NCBI GenBank assembly: GCA_016839805.1
Contig: JAEOTO010000031.1
Span: 168,322 to 232,321, forward strand
Source of the DNA: Candidatus Hermodarchaeota archaeon
Lineage (GTDB): Archaea; Asgardarchaeota; Hermodarchaeia; Hermodarchaeales; Hermodarchaeaceae
Length of the DNA stretch: 64,000 bases
Reading direction: 5' to 3'
Each line of letters begins with the position of its first letter. The stretch's first letter is position 1. A model generated the notes under the pieces. That model was not told the origin of the DNA. It was given only the letters and a program-made list of their open reading frames with translations, and made no database searches. Below are positions 36,668 through 46,237 of the stretch, one piece after another. The position numbers were made by a program, and so were the translations under genes.

Positions 36668-37760
36668 CTTTTTCATAAATCGCTTCGTATTGAGGTAAGA
36701 CTTTCTCAACCGTATGATGCTTAATGATATGTTGCCGAGCCTGTTTACCTAAGCGACCCGCAAGAGTGGAATCGGTTAGGATGGCATATAGCTTTTCAGC
36801 CATTGCATCAATATCACCAAAGGGTACGAGAAGCCCGTTTTCGCCATCTTCGATAATCTCAGGTATTCCCCCAACAGCTGTTGAAACGACAGGTAATCCA
36901 CAACTCATAGCCTCAAGAAGCGACAAGGGTGCACCTTCTAACTCAGAGCTTAGTGCAAAAGCATCGGCACATCGAAGATACTGATGGACATCTCGTTTGA
37001 ATCCAGGACATTGAATACGGTTATTCAATTCATATTTTCGGATTAACCGATCGACATCATGTCGGGTTGGACCATCTCCAAGCAAGAGCAAGTCGACATC
37101 AGGCACCTCGGAAGCAATTTGGGCAAAAGCTGTCACTAAATCGCTCACTCGTTTCACTGGACGAAAATTCGAGACGTGAATTAATTGTTGTTTCCCATTT
37201 CTCATCTGAAATTCACAGGCATTAGGTTTAAACAATTCAGTATCTGTGAAATTAGTAATAGGTTCAATTGAACAGCGAACTCCCAAGGTCTGTTCTGCAG
37301 TTTGACAGATATGGTTCGTGACACAAGTTACAGCATGCGCAGCCTCTACTGCAAACCGTGTGGCAGGTTGATAAGCTGGATCCGCACCCAGCGTATGAAC
37401 ATCAGAACCATGTAAGGTCACAACATAAGGAACTCCCGTCATTTGATTTGCCATAAACGCAGACAAGGCATGGGGAATAGCGTAATGCACATGCAAAATG
37501 TCCAGCTGATGCTTTTGAGCCACCTGAGCCATTCGAGAAGCAAGTGCAACCGTATAAGGGGGATATCGGAAAAGTGGATACTCCAGAACATCAACAAGAT
37601 CCACTTTGACATTTTCGTAGACCCCTTCTTGTAACTCAAATGGCACTTCGTAAGTAATAAAGCGCACTTCATGGTCGCGTTTTGCTAATTCAACGCCTAA
37701 ACGGGTGGCTAGAAGGCCTGAACCACCCACACCGGGATAACACGTGATGCCAATTCGCAT
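36654..37760 (-). CDS. bshA: N-acetyl-alpha-D-glucosaminyl L-malate synthase BshA
   Basis: MRIGITCYP..GGSG..AT.LG, YPLFRYPPY, HVHYAIPHA, TLHG.D, HVSNFRPVKR. Confidence 0.9.
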   Translation of the reverse strand: MRIGITCYPGVGGSGLLATRLGVELAKRDHEVRFITYEVPFELQEGVYENVKVDLVDVLEYPLFRYPPYTVALASRMAQVAQKHQLDILHVHYAIPHALSAFMANQMTGVPYVVTLHGSDVHTLGADPAYQPATRFAVEAAHAVTCVTNHICQTAEQTLGVRCSIEPITNFTDTELFKPNACEFQMRNGKQQLIHVSNFRPVKRVSDLVTAFAQIASEVPDVDLLLLGDGPTRHDVDRLIRKYELNNRIQCPGFKRDVHQYLRCADAFALSSELEGAPLSLLEAMSCGLPVVSTAVGGIPEIIEDGENGLLVPFGDIDAMAEKLYAILTDSTLAGRLGKQARQHIIKHHTVEKVLPQYEAIYEKVIQA

Positions 37761-37945
37761 CGTTAATCCCTTGGCATCCCGTCTTACCCGCCCTTATGTC
37801 TTCCGTTGTCCGAAACTTACCCAGACCTGTGCCAGAATGGTGTTCGGTTCCTGCATCATCGACGGGCACTGCCCCACCAGGGGGCTGTCACCTCCCACCT
37901 CACGACAGGCGTTTAGAGTCTCCGCCCAACTGTCGGCGACACCAA
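37761..37945 (-). ncRNA. Candidate structured leader / ncRNA upstream of bshA
   Basis: GC-rich non-coding stretch behind TTTTTATA box (37961-37968); closing stem UGGUGU/ACACCA, GCCCC/GGGGC hairpin, kink-turn-like GAGGUGGG...CCCGUC-GAU-GA. Confidence 0.5.
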
Positions 37946-38146
37946 TGTGTCCAAGAAGGATATAAAAACTCCACCTAATGAAACTCCCTTTCACGAAGAC
38001 AGTTAGATGGTAATACGGACTAGTTGTCAATAAATGGACCTAGAAAAACCACGAAATATCACCTATTAACACCAATTAAAATGAAATTTCGTGATTTTTC
38101 CTTCAGCAAGGAAAACTTTTGGTGCTAAAAGAGCTTACTTACGGAT

Positions 38147-38821
38147 ATGCCTCTTTCCGCTTCAAATCGATTACTAATTGTTGGAGCCCATCCAGACGAT
38201 GAAACCTTTGGTTGTGGAGGAACTATTGCTCTTGAAACTGTTCGAGGAACCAGCGTTACCGTTTGTTGTCTAACAGGAACACCTCAGCGCCATAAGGAGT
38301 TACGAGCTGCGTGTAAAATACTCGGTGCATCGGTAATTGCTTATAAGGGTACGGATTTGGAGCTCATTGTTTCTGACGTCACAAAGGTGCTTATCCCCAT
38401 CATCCAAGAGCTCAAACCTCAAGTGATTATCTCACACAGTGGCAATGATTATCATGATGACCACCGAGTTGTGTACCAGGCACTTTTCCGTTCAGCTGAA
38501 TGGGCAGGTCATGCAACACAATATAAAACAAAAGCATGGCGACCTCACCGCCTACTAAGCATGGAAATTAATACACTATTAGCCGCACCAACCTTACTTG
38601 TCGATGTATCCGATTACATTGATTTGAAAATGCGAGCAATCAATCGCTATCAAAGCCAATTGAAAAAAACCAAACAATACTATCATGAATTTAATTTACA
38701 AAAGGCAAAATTACGAGGACTTCAGGGTGGCTGTGAATATGCAGAAGCATTTCAGGAGGTCCTTATGCCCATTCATGGACCCTTCTATTCACCTTCTCCG
38801 ACAGTAAAAAGCATCTTTTAG
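38147..38821 (+). CDS. bshB: PIG-L family deacetylase (BshB-like)
   Basis: GAHPDDE..GCGGTI, H...DYHDDH, VDVSDY...K..AI..Y.SQ, RG...G.EYAEAF; divergent from bshA. Confidence 0.75.
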   Translation: MPLSASNRLLIVGAHPDDETFGCGGTIALETVRGTSVTVCCLTGTPQRHKELRAACKILGASVIAYKGTDLELIVSDVTKVLIPIIQELKPQVIISHSGNDYHDDHRVVYQALFRSAEWAGHATQYKTKAWRPHRLLSMEINTLLAAPTLLVDVSDYIDLKMRAINRYQSQLKKTKQYYHEFNLQKAKLRGLQGGCEYAEAFQEVLMPIHGPFYSPSPTVKSIF

Positions 38822-38844
38822 ATGACATACCCGGACTATGGTGT

Positions 38845-39867
38845 CTATTCATCGAGTGGAGGCGGGGTCTGAATTCTTGATTCGCGAATTCGTTTGACCC
38901 AAGTATCAAAGGCCTTGCCTGGCGGAGATTTTTCGTAAAGCTCAGCACGACCAGCTTCTAGTAAATTATCAGTTAAACCTAATACCTCTGCTATGGTAAT
39001 TACTTGATTTCCCTTTTCACTGGCATGTGACTGTATGGGATTCAGCCATTCGTGCCAGTTTTGGTCACGTAGAAGATGATGATCAACAAGAATCATGGGT
39101 ATCTGTTCAGCGAGGTTTCTAAGATTATCTGCAGCCATACCCAAAACCTTTGGATCTACACGCTCAGGTGAAAGATATGTTGGTGGTCCTGCAAGGATTA
39201 AGACATCTGGTTTTTGTCCAAGAATCCAATCTGCTGTCTTCTTTACCATGGGTCCTTGTATATCGGATGCATGCACTATGGAAAAGTCACCACATCGGAT
39301 AGCCGTCATAATCACCCACCCGAGTTTGGTTCCCTCTTCCCCATGAGGAACAGCAGGGGAGAACCGAATCAGTGTAGCTCCGATTTTCAACGCACGACCA
39401 TCTGCATATTTTATCTCCATCGCTAATTTTCGAGCGCTGCGAACGAAATTATATCCGCGACGTTGCTGTGAATAGTTAATGTGTTGTCGAATATCTTTGC
39501 ACCAGATTCGTCGATCTTTGTAAAGGTGAGTAGCCTCATTACGTGAAGACCAGAAATATGCATAATTCACGAAGAAAGGCATGAAGTGATCGTGATGAAA
39601 ATGTGAAACTACAATAAGCTCCGTAGTTTGAGCGATATCACTGATTTTTTGGCGGATGCGTTTAAGGAGAAGATACTCTGATGGATGAGGATGGAGTTGA
39701 CCTCGGAAGCCTAGTGCAACACCTGGGTCAATGAGAATGGAGGTGTTTGCGGTTTTGACGTGCGTCGCTAAACTTCGCACGCCGAGACTTTCAGAGGCTA
39801 AAGGGGTTATTCCCATTTGACTGCTAAGCTGAATTTTTCCTAAAGGCGCCAGCGTGTCAGGCATCAT
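38845..39867 (-). CDS. UPF0282-type metallo-beta-lactamase-fold hydrolase
   Basis: ASESLGVRS, IDPGVALG, SHFHHDH, PHG...KLGWV, SDIQGP, DHHLLRD. Confidence 0.85.
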   Translation of the reverse strand: MMPDTLAPLGKIQLSSQMGITPLASESLGVRSLATHVKTANTSILIDPGVALGFRGQLHPHPSEYLLLKRIRQKISDIAQTTELIVVSHFHHDHFMPFFVNYAYFWSSRNEATHLYKDRRIWCKDIRQHINYSQQRRGYNFVRSARKLAMEIKYADGRALKIGATLIRFSPAVPHGEEGTKLGWVIMTAIRCGDFSIVHASDIQGPMVKKTADWILGQKPDVLILAGPPTYLSPERVDPKVLGMAADNLRNLAEQIPMILVDHHLLRDQNWHEWLNPIQSHASEKGNQVITIAEVLGLTDNLLEAGRAELYEKSPPGKAFDTWVKRIRESRIQTPPPLDE

Positions 39868-39971
39868 CTAGAACTCCAATAGTTTCAAGGGGCGGTCTGC
39901 CCTGATATTTAATTCAATTATCTGTGCTATATTCTTCTCCTTATACACATGACACGTGGAAACAATATCAG

Positions 39972-40018
39972 AGAAAAGAAGGAGAGGGGTTCAGAGTTCA
40001 ATCCTCTGCTCTGAACCC
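39972..40018 (-). terminator. Hairpin + pyrimidine-tract terminator
   Basis: 11-bp stem GGGGTTCAGAG/CTCTGAACCCC, then TCTCCTTCTTTTC on minus strand. Confidence 0.75.
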
Positions 40019-40034
40019 CAAGGTTGTGGACCAA

Positions 40035-41234
40035 TTATTTCATGAGTTTATCAGGACTTGGAAGCTGTTTAACCTGTTGTGGTTCTTGTCGGAAGCGCAC
40101 ACCGGGCTCTGTTTCTAATCGCTCAGTGTAAAGGACTTCGCCTTCCACTGTTACATCTCGTTCGATGTAGATTTCACGCCCATACAGGTTTTTCACCCGA
40201 GCCCGTTCCTCCACACGGATGGAATCACCATGAAAGGATTCGCCCCGAGCTTTTTCTTCAACCGTAATTGCATGACCCTCAACAAAGCCTGAAACTTCAC
40301 CACCTCTTCCAATTCGAAAGACTTTACTGGATTTTATATGAGTAGCACTAATTGATCCACCGACATCAATCCTTGGTGATTCAATTTTTTGACCCGCTCG
40401 TAAAGAACCACCCACGTCAATTTCTTCACCCACAAGCAGATCCGTGCCAACAGTAACCGCACCACCAACATCTAATTTCTCAGACAAAACTAGTGACTGT
40501 TCCGCTTTGACAGCGCCTCCAACATCAATTAACTTACCAGTGGCATTTCCTGTGAATTTTGCGGCACCACCAACATTCAACATTTCAAAGCTCACATCAC
40601 CTTCGCCTTTGAATGAGCCACCAACATCAATTGACACAACTTTGGAACCAGGACCAACGACTACAGCTCCACCAACATCAATACTCCCGATTTCGATTGC
40701 GCCTTCCGCTTTAAAGGAACCACCTACATCGACTTTGCCAATGTTGCCCGTGTTGCACTTGACAGCGCCTCCAACCCTGAGCGTTTTCGCATCAATCTTT
40801 TCACCAATTTTCACTGCACCCCCCACATTGATGTCTTCAACTGTTGCATTTCCACGAACCGAGAGAGCCCCACCAATCGAGACCTTAGTGGCTAGCAAAT
40901 CCTTACCAACAGAAAGAGCCGCGCCAATATCAAACTTATTAGCGGTAGCCGAACCTTCAACCTCGAGTTTTCCACGTCGAACATTTACAGATCGATCAAT
41001 CGAAAGATTTCCACGGATTTCAGTTGTGTTTCGTCCATCAATTTCCAAATAATTAGCCCTAAGGGACCCTTCAATTCTAGAATCCCCTCGAATCAACATT
41101 TCTCCCTCAACAACTATTTCATCACCCTTCTCTGGGAGAATGATTTGACAATTCTTGATTTCCACATCGCCTTTGACGTGACCTAGCTTGAGTTCGCGTT
41201 CATTTTCAAATCGGAGTTTTTCACCCATTTTCAT
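40035..41234 (-). CDS. Beta-helical repeat protein (bactofilin/polymer-forming-like)
   Basis: About eleven ~16-18-aa repeats with (D/N)VGG(A/S) core; C-terminal IYIE....V.GEVLYT. Confidence 0.7.
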   Translation of the reverse strand: MKMGEKLRFENERELKLGHVKGDVEIKNCQIILPEKGDEIVVEGEMLIRGDSRIEGSLRANYLEIDGRNTTEIRGNLSIDRSVNVRRGKLEVEGSATANKFDIGAALSVGKDLLATKVSIGGALSVRGNATVEDINVGGAVKIGEKIDAKTLRVGGAVKCNTGNIGKVDVGGSFKAEGAIEIGSIDVGGAVVVGPGSKVVSIDVGGSFKGEGDVSFEMLNVGGAAKFTGNATGKLIDVGGAVKAEQSLVLSEKLDVGGAVTVGTDLLVGEEIDVGGSLRAGQKIESPRIDVGGSISATHIKSSKVFRIGRGGEVSGFVEGHAITVEEKARGESFHGDSIRVEERARVKNLYGREIYIERDVTVEGEVLYTERLETEPGVRFRQEPQQVKQLPSPDKLMK

Positions 41235-41662
41235 AATGCCTCCGTATTATTCGCTAATGAAATGAAGGCGGGTTCATCTTTAAAAGACGGACTCACAATT
41301 TGGGGTCACATAATGTTACTTTACTCACATTTTGTTAATAGTAAGAAACCCAAAACATGATTCGGGTCTTTGCAGGGGAAGATTATGCAGTATCAGTTGT
41401 CCCATCCAAAGCGCAAGCCCTGCTCTCACGGTATGATTTCCATTCATAGCACTATGAAGTTTGCGCTGACATCGACGACTAATTAAATAGTTAGACCGAG
41501 GGCGGGCGAATCTGTAATCAATGGGAATTAGAACTTGAAATCATTGAGTTAGTGTTATCGGGTACTATCTTTTTATGGAGTGGGTTTAGTACATATCTGA
41601 TTAGGGGAGTCTATAGGGAATCAGCTTTAGACCCTCACTCACTTACGGGAGTTCCCAACACC

Positions 41663-41968
41663 ATGTATTATATGTTCACAACCAAGTGTCCACCTCACAA
41701 GGCAAAAGAAGTTTTGAAAATCTTTTCCGAAACAAAGGGCCCTGAAACCCCCAAATACGTTAAGCAACACTTTCTGCTCTCCACACTCGCTAAGAATATC
41801 AAATCCTATGCTCTCTTCGAAATCGACAATGACAAAGTCAAGGAAGGCCTAACCTATATCAACGAAATTCTTGCTCCCTACTTTGAAATTGAAGGATACA
41901 AAGTCACGGTCGAACCCTTATACACAATGGAAGATGCACTAGCGCTTTTCGGATTCAAATCAGGTTGA
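41663..41968 (+). CDS. Small hypothetical protein (possible ferredoxin-like fold)
   Basis: MYYMFTTKCPPHKAKEV...IEGYKVTVEPL; terminator follows. Confidence 0.65.
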   Translation: MYYMFTTKCPPHKAKEVLKIFSETKGPETPKYVKQHFLLSTLAKNIKSYALFEIDNDKVKEGLTYINEILAPYFEIEGYKVTVEPLYTMEDALALFGFKSG

Positions 41969-41982
41969 AACCCCAGCTTATT

Positions 41983-42025
41983 TGAAGTGATGGCTTTACG
42001 GCATCACTTCATTTCCCTTCTTTTT
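41983..42025 (+). terminator. Hairpin + pyrimidine-tract terminator
   Basis: TGAAGTGATG/CATCACTTCA, then tttcccttcttttt. Confidence 0.75.
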
Positions 42026-42145
42026 GGCTATCAACCTGATTTTAGAGTCACAAAATATGACCACTTATATTCTCTAAAATTGAAACCTATTTTGAAGGCA
42101 GTTGTAGTAGTGTGTGGTCTGTTCTAATCTTCATTCACGTGCCTG

Positions 42146-43675
42146 TTATCCCCGTTTCTTCAAGTATACGATAACTGCGATTACCAACACTAATGCGACT
42201 ACACCTCCACCAATGAGAATTAGTAGAAATGGGAATGGTAGTGGAATCATTGCATCAACTTCATCGGAGGCATCGCCTTCCCCAATCCCATTCACCGCCC
42301 GAACCACATAGTAGTAGGTGATGCCTGCAGTGACGTTTGTATCTGAATATGTTTTGACATCACCCAGCTCGACAAACAGGCTCAAATCACCTGAGATTGC
42401 GCCCCGGTAGACGGTATAGCCAGTGATGGGCGATCCGGCATCAGTGAATGGAACGTCCCAGTTGAGGGTGATTGTTGCAGTTCCGCTGGTGGCCTGAAGG
42501 TTTAGGGGCGCACTGGGGGGATTAGGCTGATAATCGTACGCCCACGTGTCATCGAACGCCGTGGAAGGCCCACCAGTACTAAAACCACCGAAGAGGATGG
42601 TCCGATCGGATTCTGCATCGTAGGTCATATAAGCCCTGTATCTGGCTGCGGGGTGGATGGCTGAGTTCATGTTGGTCCAAGTATCCGTGTTGAAATCGTA
42701 AGCCCATGTGTCGGAAGTTAATTCGTCTCCCGCTCGATCTATGGCTCCACCGAAGGAGATGACCCGATCCGACTCCCCATCATAAGATAGTCCAGTGCTT
42801 GCGGTTTGAGGATGGGGACTTGGGCTCATTTGAGTCCAGGTGTTGTGATTGAAATCATACGCCCAGGTTTCATCAAAGAATTCTTGATCATGCCACCCTC
42901 CCATGATGATCACCTGATCCGACTCCACATCATAGGCCATAGGAGCCTGTTGACGGGGTGACGGGTGCGTCGTGGGATTCATATTAGTCCAAGTATTCGT
43001 ATTGTAATGATACGTCCAGGTCTCTGCGTTGTAAATTCCTCCATCAAGATAGCCACCGAAGAGAATGATGCGATCAGACTCGCTATCATAGGCGAAGCTA
43101 GCTTCCACTCGTCCGGAAGGCATCACAGGGGGAGCCATATTAGTCCAATTGTTCGTGCTCAAGTCATATGCCCAAATTTCTTGTCTGGTTACAAGGGTGG
43201 GTCCCCACCCAGATCTCGCTCCGCCGAAGAGAATGACTCGATCTGACTCCACATCGTAGGCTAGTACGTGTCCACCACGTCCAGGGGGCAAAGTCGACGG
43301 AGACATATTGGTCCACGTGTTCGTATTGAAATGATAGGTCCATGTATCATTGTAAAACAAATCCGCCCGTTCGGAGTTGTTCGTCCAGCCACTGAAGAGA
43401 ATAACTCGATCCGATTGACTAACATACACTAAAGGAGAATTGACACGAGGGAGAGGGGCTGTGGCGGGGTCCATATTGGTCCAATCCGTCTCCCCTTGAA
43501 GCAAGGAACCAGTGACCTGCGAAGCTTTTTCATTTTTTGTAAGGTTGGCGATCAAAGGCTGAGAAACCTGCATTCCAACAGTAATCGGGTTTGATCCCTG
43601 AACATTGATGACCATGAGAAACGTGAGAAGGAGTAAAACCACCAAAACGCTATACGATTTGTGAACCCGTTTCAT
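42146..43675 (-). CDS. Kelch-repeat beta-propeller + FN3 surface protein with C-terminal TM
   Basis: Six YD.ESDR.ILFGG...TW.Y..NT.TWTNM repeats; PSAP.NL...W..P...GSPITGY.VYR FN3. Confidence 0.88.
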   Translation of the reverse strand: MKRVHKSYSVLVVLLLLTFLMVINVQGSNPITVGMQVSQPLIANLTKNEKASQVTGSLLQGETDWTNMDPATAPLPRVNSPLVYVSQSDRVILFSGWTNNSERADLFYNDTWTYHFNTNTWTNMSPSTLPPGRGGHVLAYDVESDRVILFGGARSGWGPTLVTRQEIWAYDLSTNNWTNMAPPVMPSGRVEASFAYDSESDRIILFGGYLDGGIYNAETWTYHYNTNTWTNMNPTTHPSPRQQAPMAYDVESDQVIIMGGWHDQEFFDETWAYDFNHNTWTQMSPSPHPQTASTGLSYDGESDRVISFGGAIDRAGDELTSDTWAYDFNTDTWTNMNSAIHPAARYRAYMTYDAESDRTILFGGFSTGGPSTAFDDTWAYDYQPNPPSAPLNLQATSGTATITLNWDVPFTDAGSPITGYTVYRGAISGDLSLFVELGDVKTYSDTNVTAGITYYYVVRAVNGIGEGDASDEVDAMIPLPFPFLLILIGGGVVALVLVIAVIVYLKKRG

Positions 43676-44030
43676 CTTTGAACCTCCATTGGTAATAAAA
43701 CGATCAAAAAAAGATGATCGAAAATCCCTCAATTGAATAAATTCAATATTGGACTACCCACGATAATAAACTTAACTACGCCAGTCTCATTATAAGAGAG
43801 ATGGAAATTTCTTGTAAATAAAACTAAAAAAGATAGATTTAGTTCTAGATTCTTCTGTTGAAAGAATTTTCAATTAACAGTGTGAGTAAAGGCTATTTTT
43901 GAGGCTCACATAATTTAACTATTCACAGAGCGGGAAAATCAGACTCTTACCTTATTAAGATGCATTCAAAAAGGAAATCTTTAACGTTAGGTATATGACT
44001 TGTAGTTTGTTTCTAAATCCTCTATGAGGG

Positions 44031-44516
44031 ATGGAATTGTCATATAAGCAGCCACCTCATCTCAATGATCAGGAAATGCAAGCCTTCTTTCAAATCGCTA
44101 AAACTGCCCGATTATGTAGTATTAATAAAAACGGGACCATCCATGCGGTTCCGGTTTGGTTCAAGTTTGAACAAGACCAATTTGTAATTGCAGCACCAGA
44201 AAAAAGCCAAAAAGTTCGGAATATCCTCCGAAACAACAATGTCACGTTGTTGGTTGATGTTGAGGGGCCACCTACTCGTGGCGTCATTGTATACGGACGA
44301 GCGCATGTTAGTTTTGACAAATGGGACGATGAAGCAGTTGATTTACTCTCGAGATACTTCTCACGAGAACAAGCAGAAAAAACAACGAAAGGTCTCCAGA
44401 CTATTGCCAATTGGGTAAAAATCACTATCACTCCTAACCGATTCGCATCCTTCGACTATGAAAAAGATGACGAGTACTGGAAAGCCGCAAGATACGTTCC
44501 AGGCCAATCAGGATGA
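44031..44516 (+). CDS. Pyridoxamine 5'-phosphate oxidase-like (PPOX) protein
   Basis: ARLCSINKNG.IHAVPVWF, KVRNI.RN..V.LLVD, GV.V.G.A. Confidence 0.85.
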   Translation: MELSYKQPPHLNDQEMQAFFQIAKTARLCSINKNGTIHAVPVWFKFEQDQFVIAAPEKSQKVRNILRNNNVTLLVDVEGPPTRGVIVYGRAHVSFDKWDDEAVDLLSRYFSREQAEKTTKGLQTIANWVKITITPNRFASFDYEKDDEYWKAARYVPGQSG

Positions 44517-44596
44517 ATCCAATTAAAATAATCTCCTATCCAATATTTGGACTTAGACTATATGAGTACACTCTAAGTTGGGGTCACATAAAGCGA

Positions 44597-45193
44597 CTAC
44601 TTTCTTGCGAATATCCAGTAGTGGGTTTCGCCCCCGCGTTCAAGCACCTCATCGCGGATGATTTCAAAGCCGGCTTGTTTAACTAAAGCGAGTGATGTTT
44701 CTTTTCGGGGATGACTCCAGAACATGGGTGTTCCCATATAGTCCTCAATAGCTTCCCATGCGTCTGGACCAGTAGAGAAGAAGAGGATCCCTCCTGGTTT
44801 CAGAACTCGGTAAAAATTCTGGTAGATGGTTGCATGTTTCTCTTTTGGCACATGAATTATTGCGTAGGTGGATACGACGCCATCAAAGGAGTTAGCGGGG
44901 AATGTCAGTTGGGTCATATCGCCTTCCAAGAATTCGGCTCCAGGAACATGTTGACGGGCGAGGTTTATCATGCTCGTTGAAATATCAATGCCGGTGACAG
45001 AGTATCCACGGTCTACCAAAAACTTCCCGACAGGTACACCTGCTCCGCATCCGGCATCTAATATTCGAGCTCCCTTAGGGAGGAGCGAGATGAAAAACTC
45101 TAATTCCATTTCGTTCTTAAACTGGTCCCTTGATGCGTTATATTTTGCAGCAATTTTGTTGTAACCCTTTCTGACGATATCATCTTGTTTCAT
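44597..45193 (-). CDS. Class I SAM-dependent methyltransferase
   Basis: ILDAGCGAG, GIDIS, YAIIHVP, RVLKPGG. Confidence 0.9.
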   Translation of the reverse strand: MKQDDIVRKGYNKIAAKYNASRDQFKNEMELEFFISLLPKGARILDAGCGAGVPVGKFLVDRGYSVTGIDISTSMINLARQHVPGAEFLEGDMTQLTFPANSFDGVVSTYAIIHVPKEKHATIYQNFYRVLKPGGILFFSTGPDAWEAIEDYMGTPMFWSHPRKETSLALVKQAGFEIIRDEVLERGGETHYWIFARK

Positions 45194-45205
45194 GCAGAAC
45201 TCGCC

Positions 45206-46162
45206 TCAATCAGAAGCTAGCAGGAAATGGGTAATCATAATTCCAGCATATACTCCCGTGCCAACTGCCGTAGCAACTGTTTGGGTCATAGGTCGAACAT
45301 CGCCTGCAACCCAAACGCCTTCAACATTTGTGCCACCTTGATTATCTGTAATAATGTTTCCTTGATCATCGACTTCAATTCCTAGTTGGACTGCTAGCTC
45401 ACTGCGTGGGATGCCGATCCATGCAACAAAGAAGGTATTGCATTCGAGGGTTTGTCCATCCGCGGTTAGAAGTTGTTGCCTTTTGCCAGGTTCTAATATC
45501 TTGATTTCTTTGATAAGACCGTGCGTCCATTCAAATCCAGATTGTTTCAGAATGGTTTCTGATTCTTTCGTAAAGGGAGCGTAACTGTCTTCAGTCATGA
45601 AGATATGAATTCTCTTAGCAAAGGGTTTGATACACCGTGCGACATGCAGGGCACTTTTCACGGTTCCCGCATTGACAATGACGACATCCCTTCCTGCGAC
45701 TTGTGGGCTATCACAATCCGGACAATAATAGCTCATGTGATTTTTTGCAGCATACGGTAACCATTTTTTCCAGTCACCATTGACCTTAGGATGTTTGCGA
45801 GAAATCCCTGTTGCTAAGACCAAGGTTTTTGCAGTGAAAAAAGTAGGTGTCGGTTTCCTAGATTTTACATGAACCTGGAAGTTAGGAGTCTGTCCTTCTA
45901 GTTTGATTACATTTCCAAAGAGGGTCTCTACATTAAATTCGCGGAGTTCTTTTCGCATTTTCCGAAGTATCTTGTTGGGGGCAGTGAGGGGTTTGATTCC
46001 TGGATAATTATGAACAGGCGTATTAGCAAATTGCATTGGAGATGTTTTCCGGTCAATGACTAAGACTCTCAGTCGGTGGAATCCGAGATGCATTGCTGTG
46101 GCGATTCCTGCGGGTCCGCCTCCAACAACGACGGTATCATAGTGGGTTGATTTGTTCTTCAT
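45206..46162 (-). CDS. Thioredoxin-reductase-like FAD/NAD(P) oxidoreductase
   Basis: VVGGGPAG, LATG, CPDCD, TNVEGVW.AGD. Confidence 0.85.
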   Translation of the reverse strand: MKNKSTHYDTVVVGGGPAGIATAMHLGFHRLRVLVIDRKTSPMQFANTPVHNYPGIKPLTAPNKILRKMRKELREFNVETLFGNVIKLEGQTPNFQVHVKSRKPTPTFFTAKTLVLATGISRKHPKVNGDWKKWLPYAAKNHMSYYCPDCDSPQVAGRDVVIVNAGTVKSALHVARCIKPFAKRIHIFMTEDSYAPFTKESETILKQSGFEWTHGLIKEIKILEPGKRQQLLTADGQTLECNTFFVAWIGIPRSELAVQLGIEVDDQGNIITDNQGGTNVEGVWVAGDVRPMTQTVATAVGTGVYAGIMITHFLLASD

Positions 46163-46237
46163 TGCTAACCCTCTGATTTTTCTAGGGGACTCACCACTCT
46201 TTGAGTGTAAAAATGATAGCTTTTCATGAGAAGTGCC

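Larger units (their letters stand above)
41300..44591 (+). repeat. Dispersed 14-bp intergenic motif TTGGGGTCACATAA (4 copies)
   Basis: Exact at 41300-41313 and 44578-44591; variants TTAGAGTCACAAAA 42042-42055 and TGAGGCTCACATAA 43900-43913. Confidence 0.55.

Noticed and set aside
37839-37945. tRNA or SAM-I riboswitch interpretation of the bshA leader
   Set aside because: No T-loop or anticodon arm; SAM-I core (AUC..GAU, GCAACC) absent; only the K-turn is shared
40444-41052. 202-aa antisense ORF with PPT repeats
   Set aside because: Antisense shadow of the VGG repeats
42540-43490. CRISPR-like periodic repeats
   Set aside because: Degenerate in-frame Kelch repeats inside a CDS
45206-46162. 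Bacillithiol disulfide reductase YpdA
   Set aside because: Has a TrxR-type CxxC and lies 6 kb from the bsh genes; no YpdA-specific evidence
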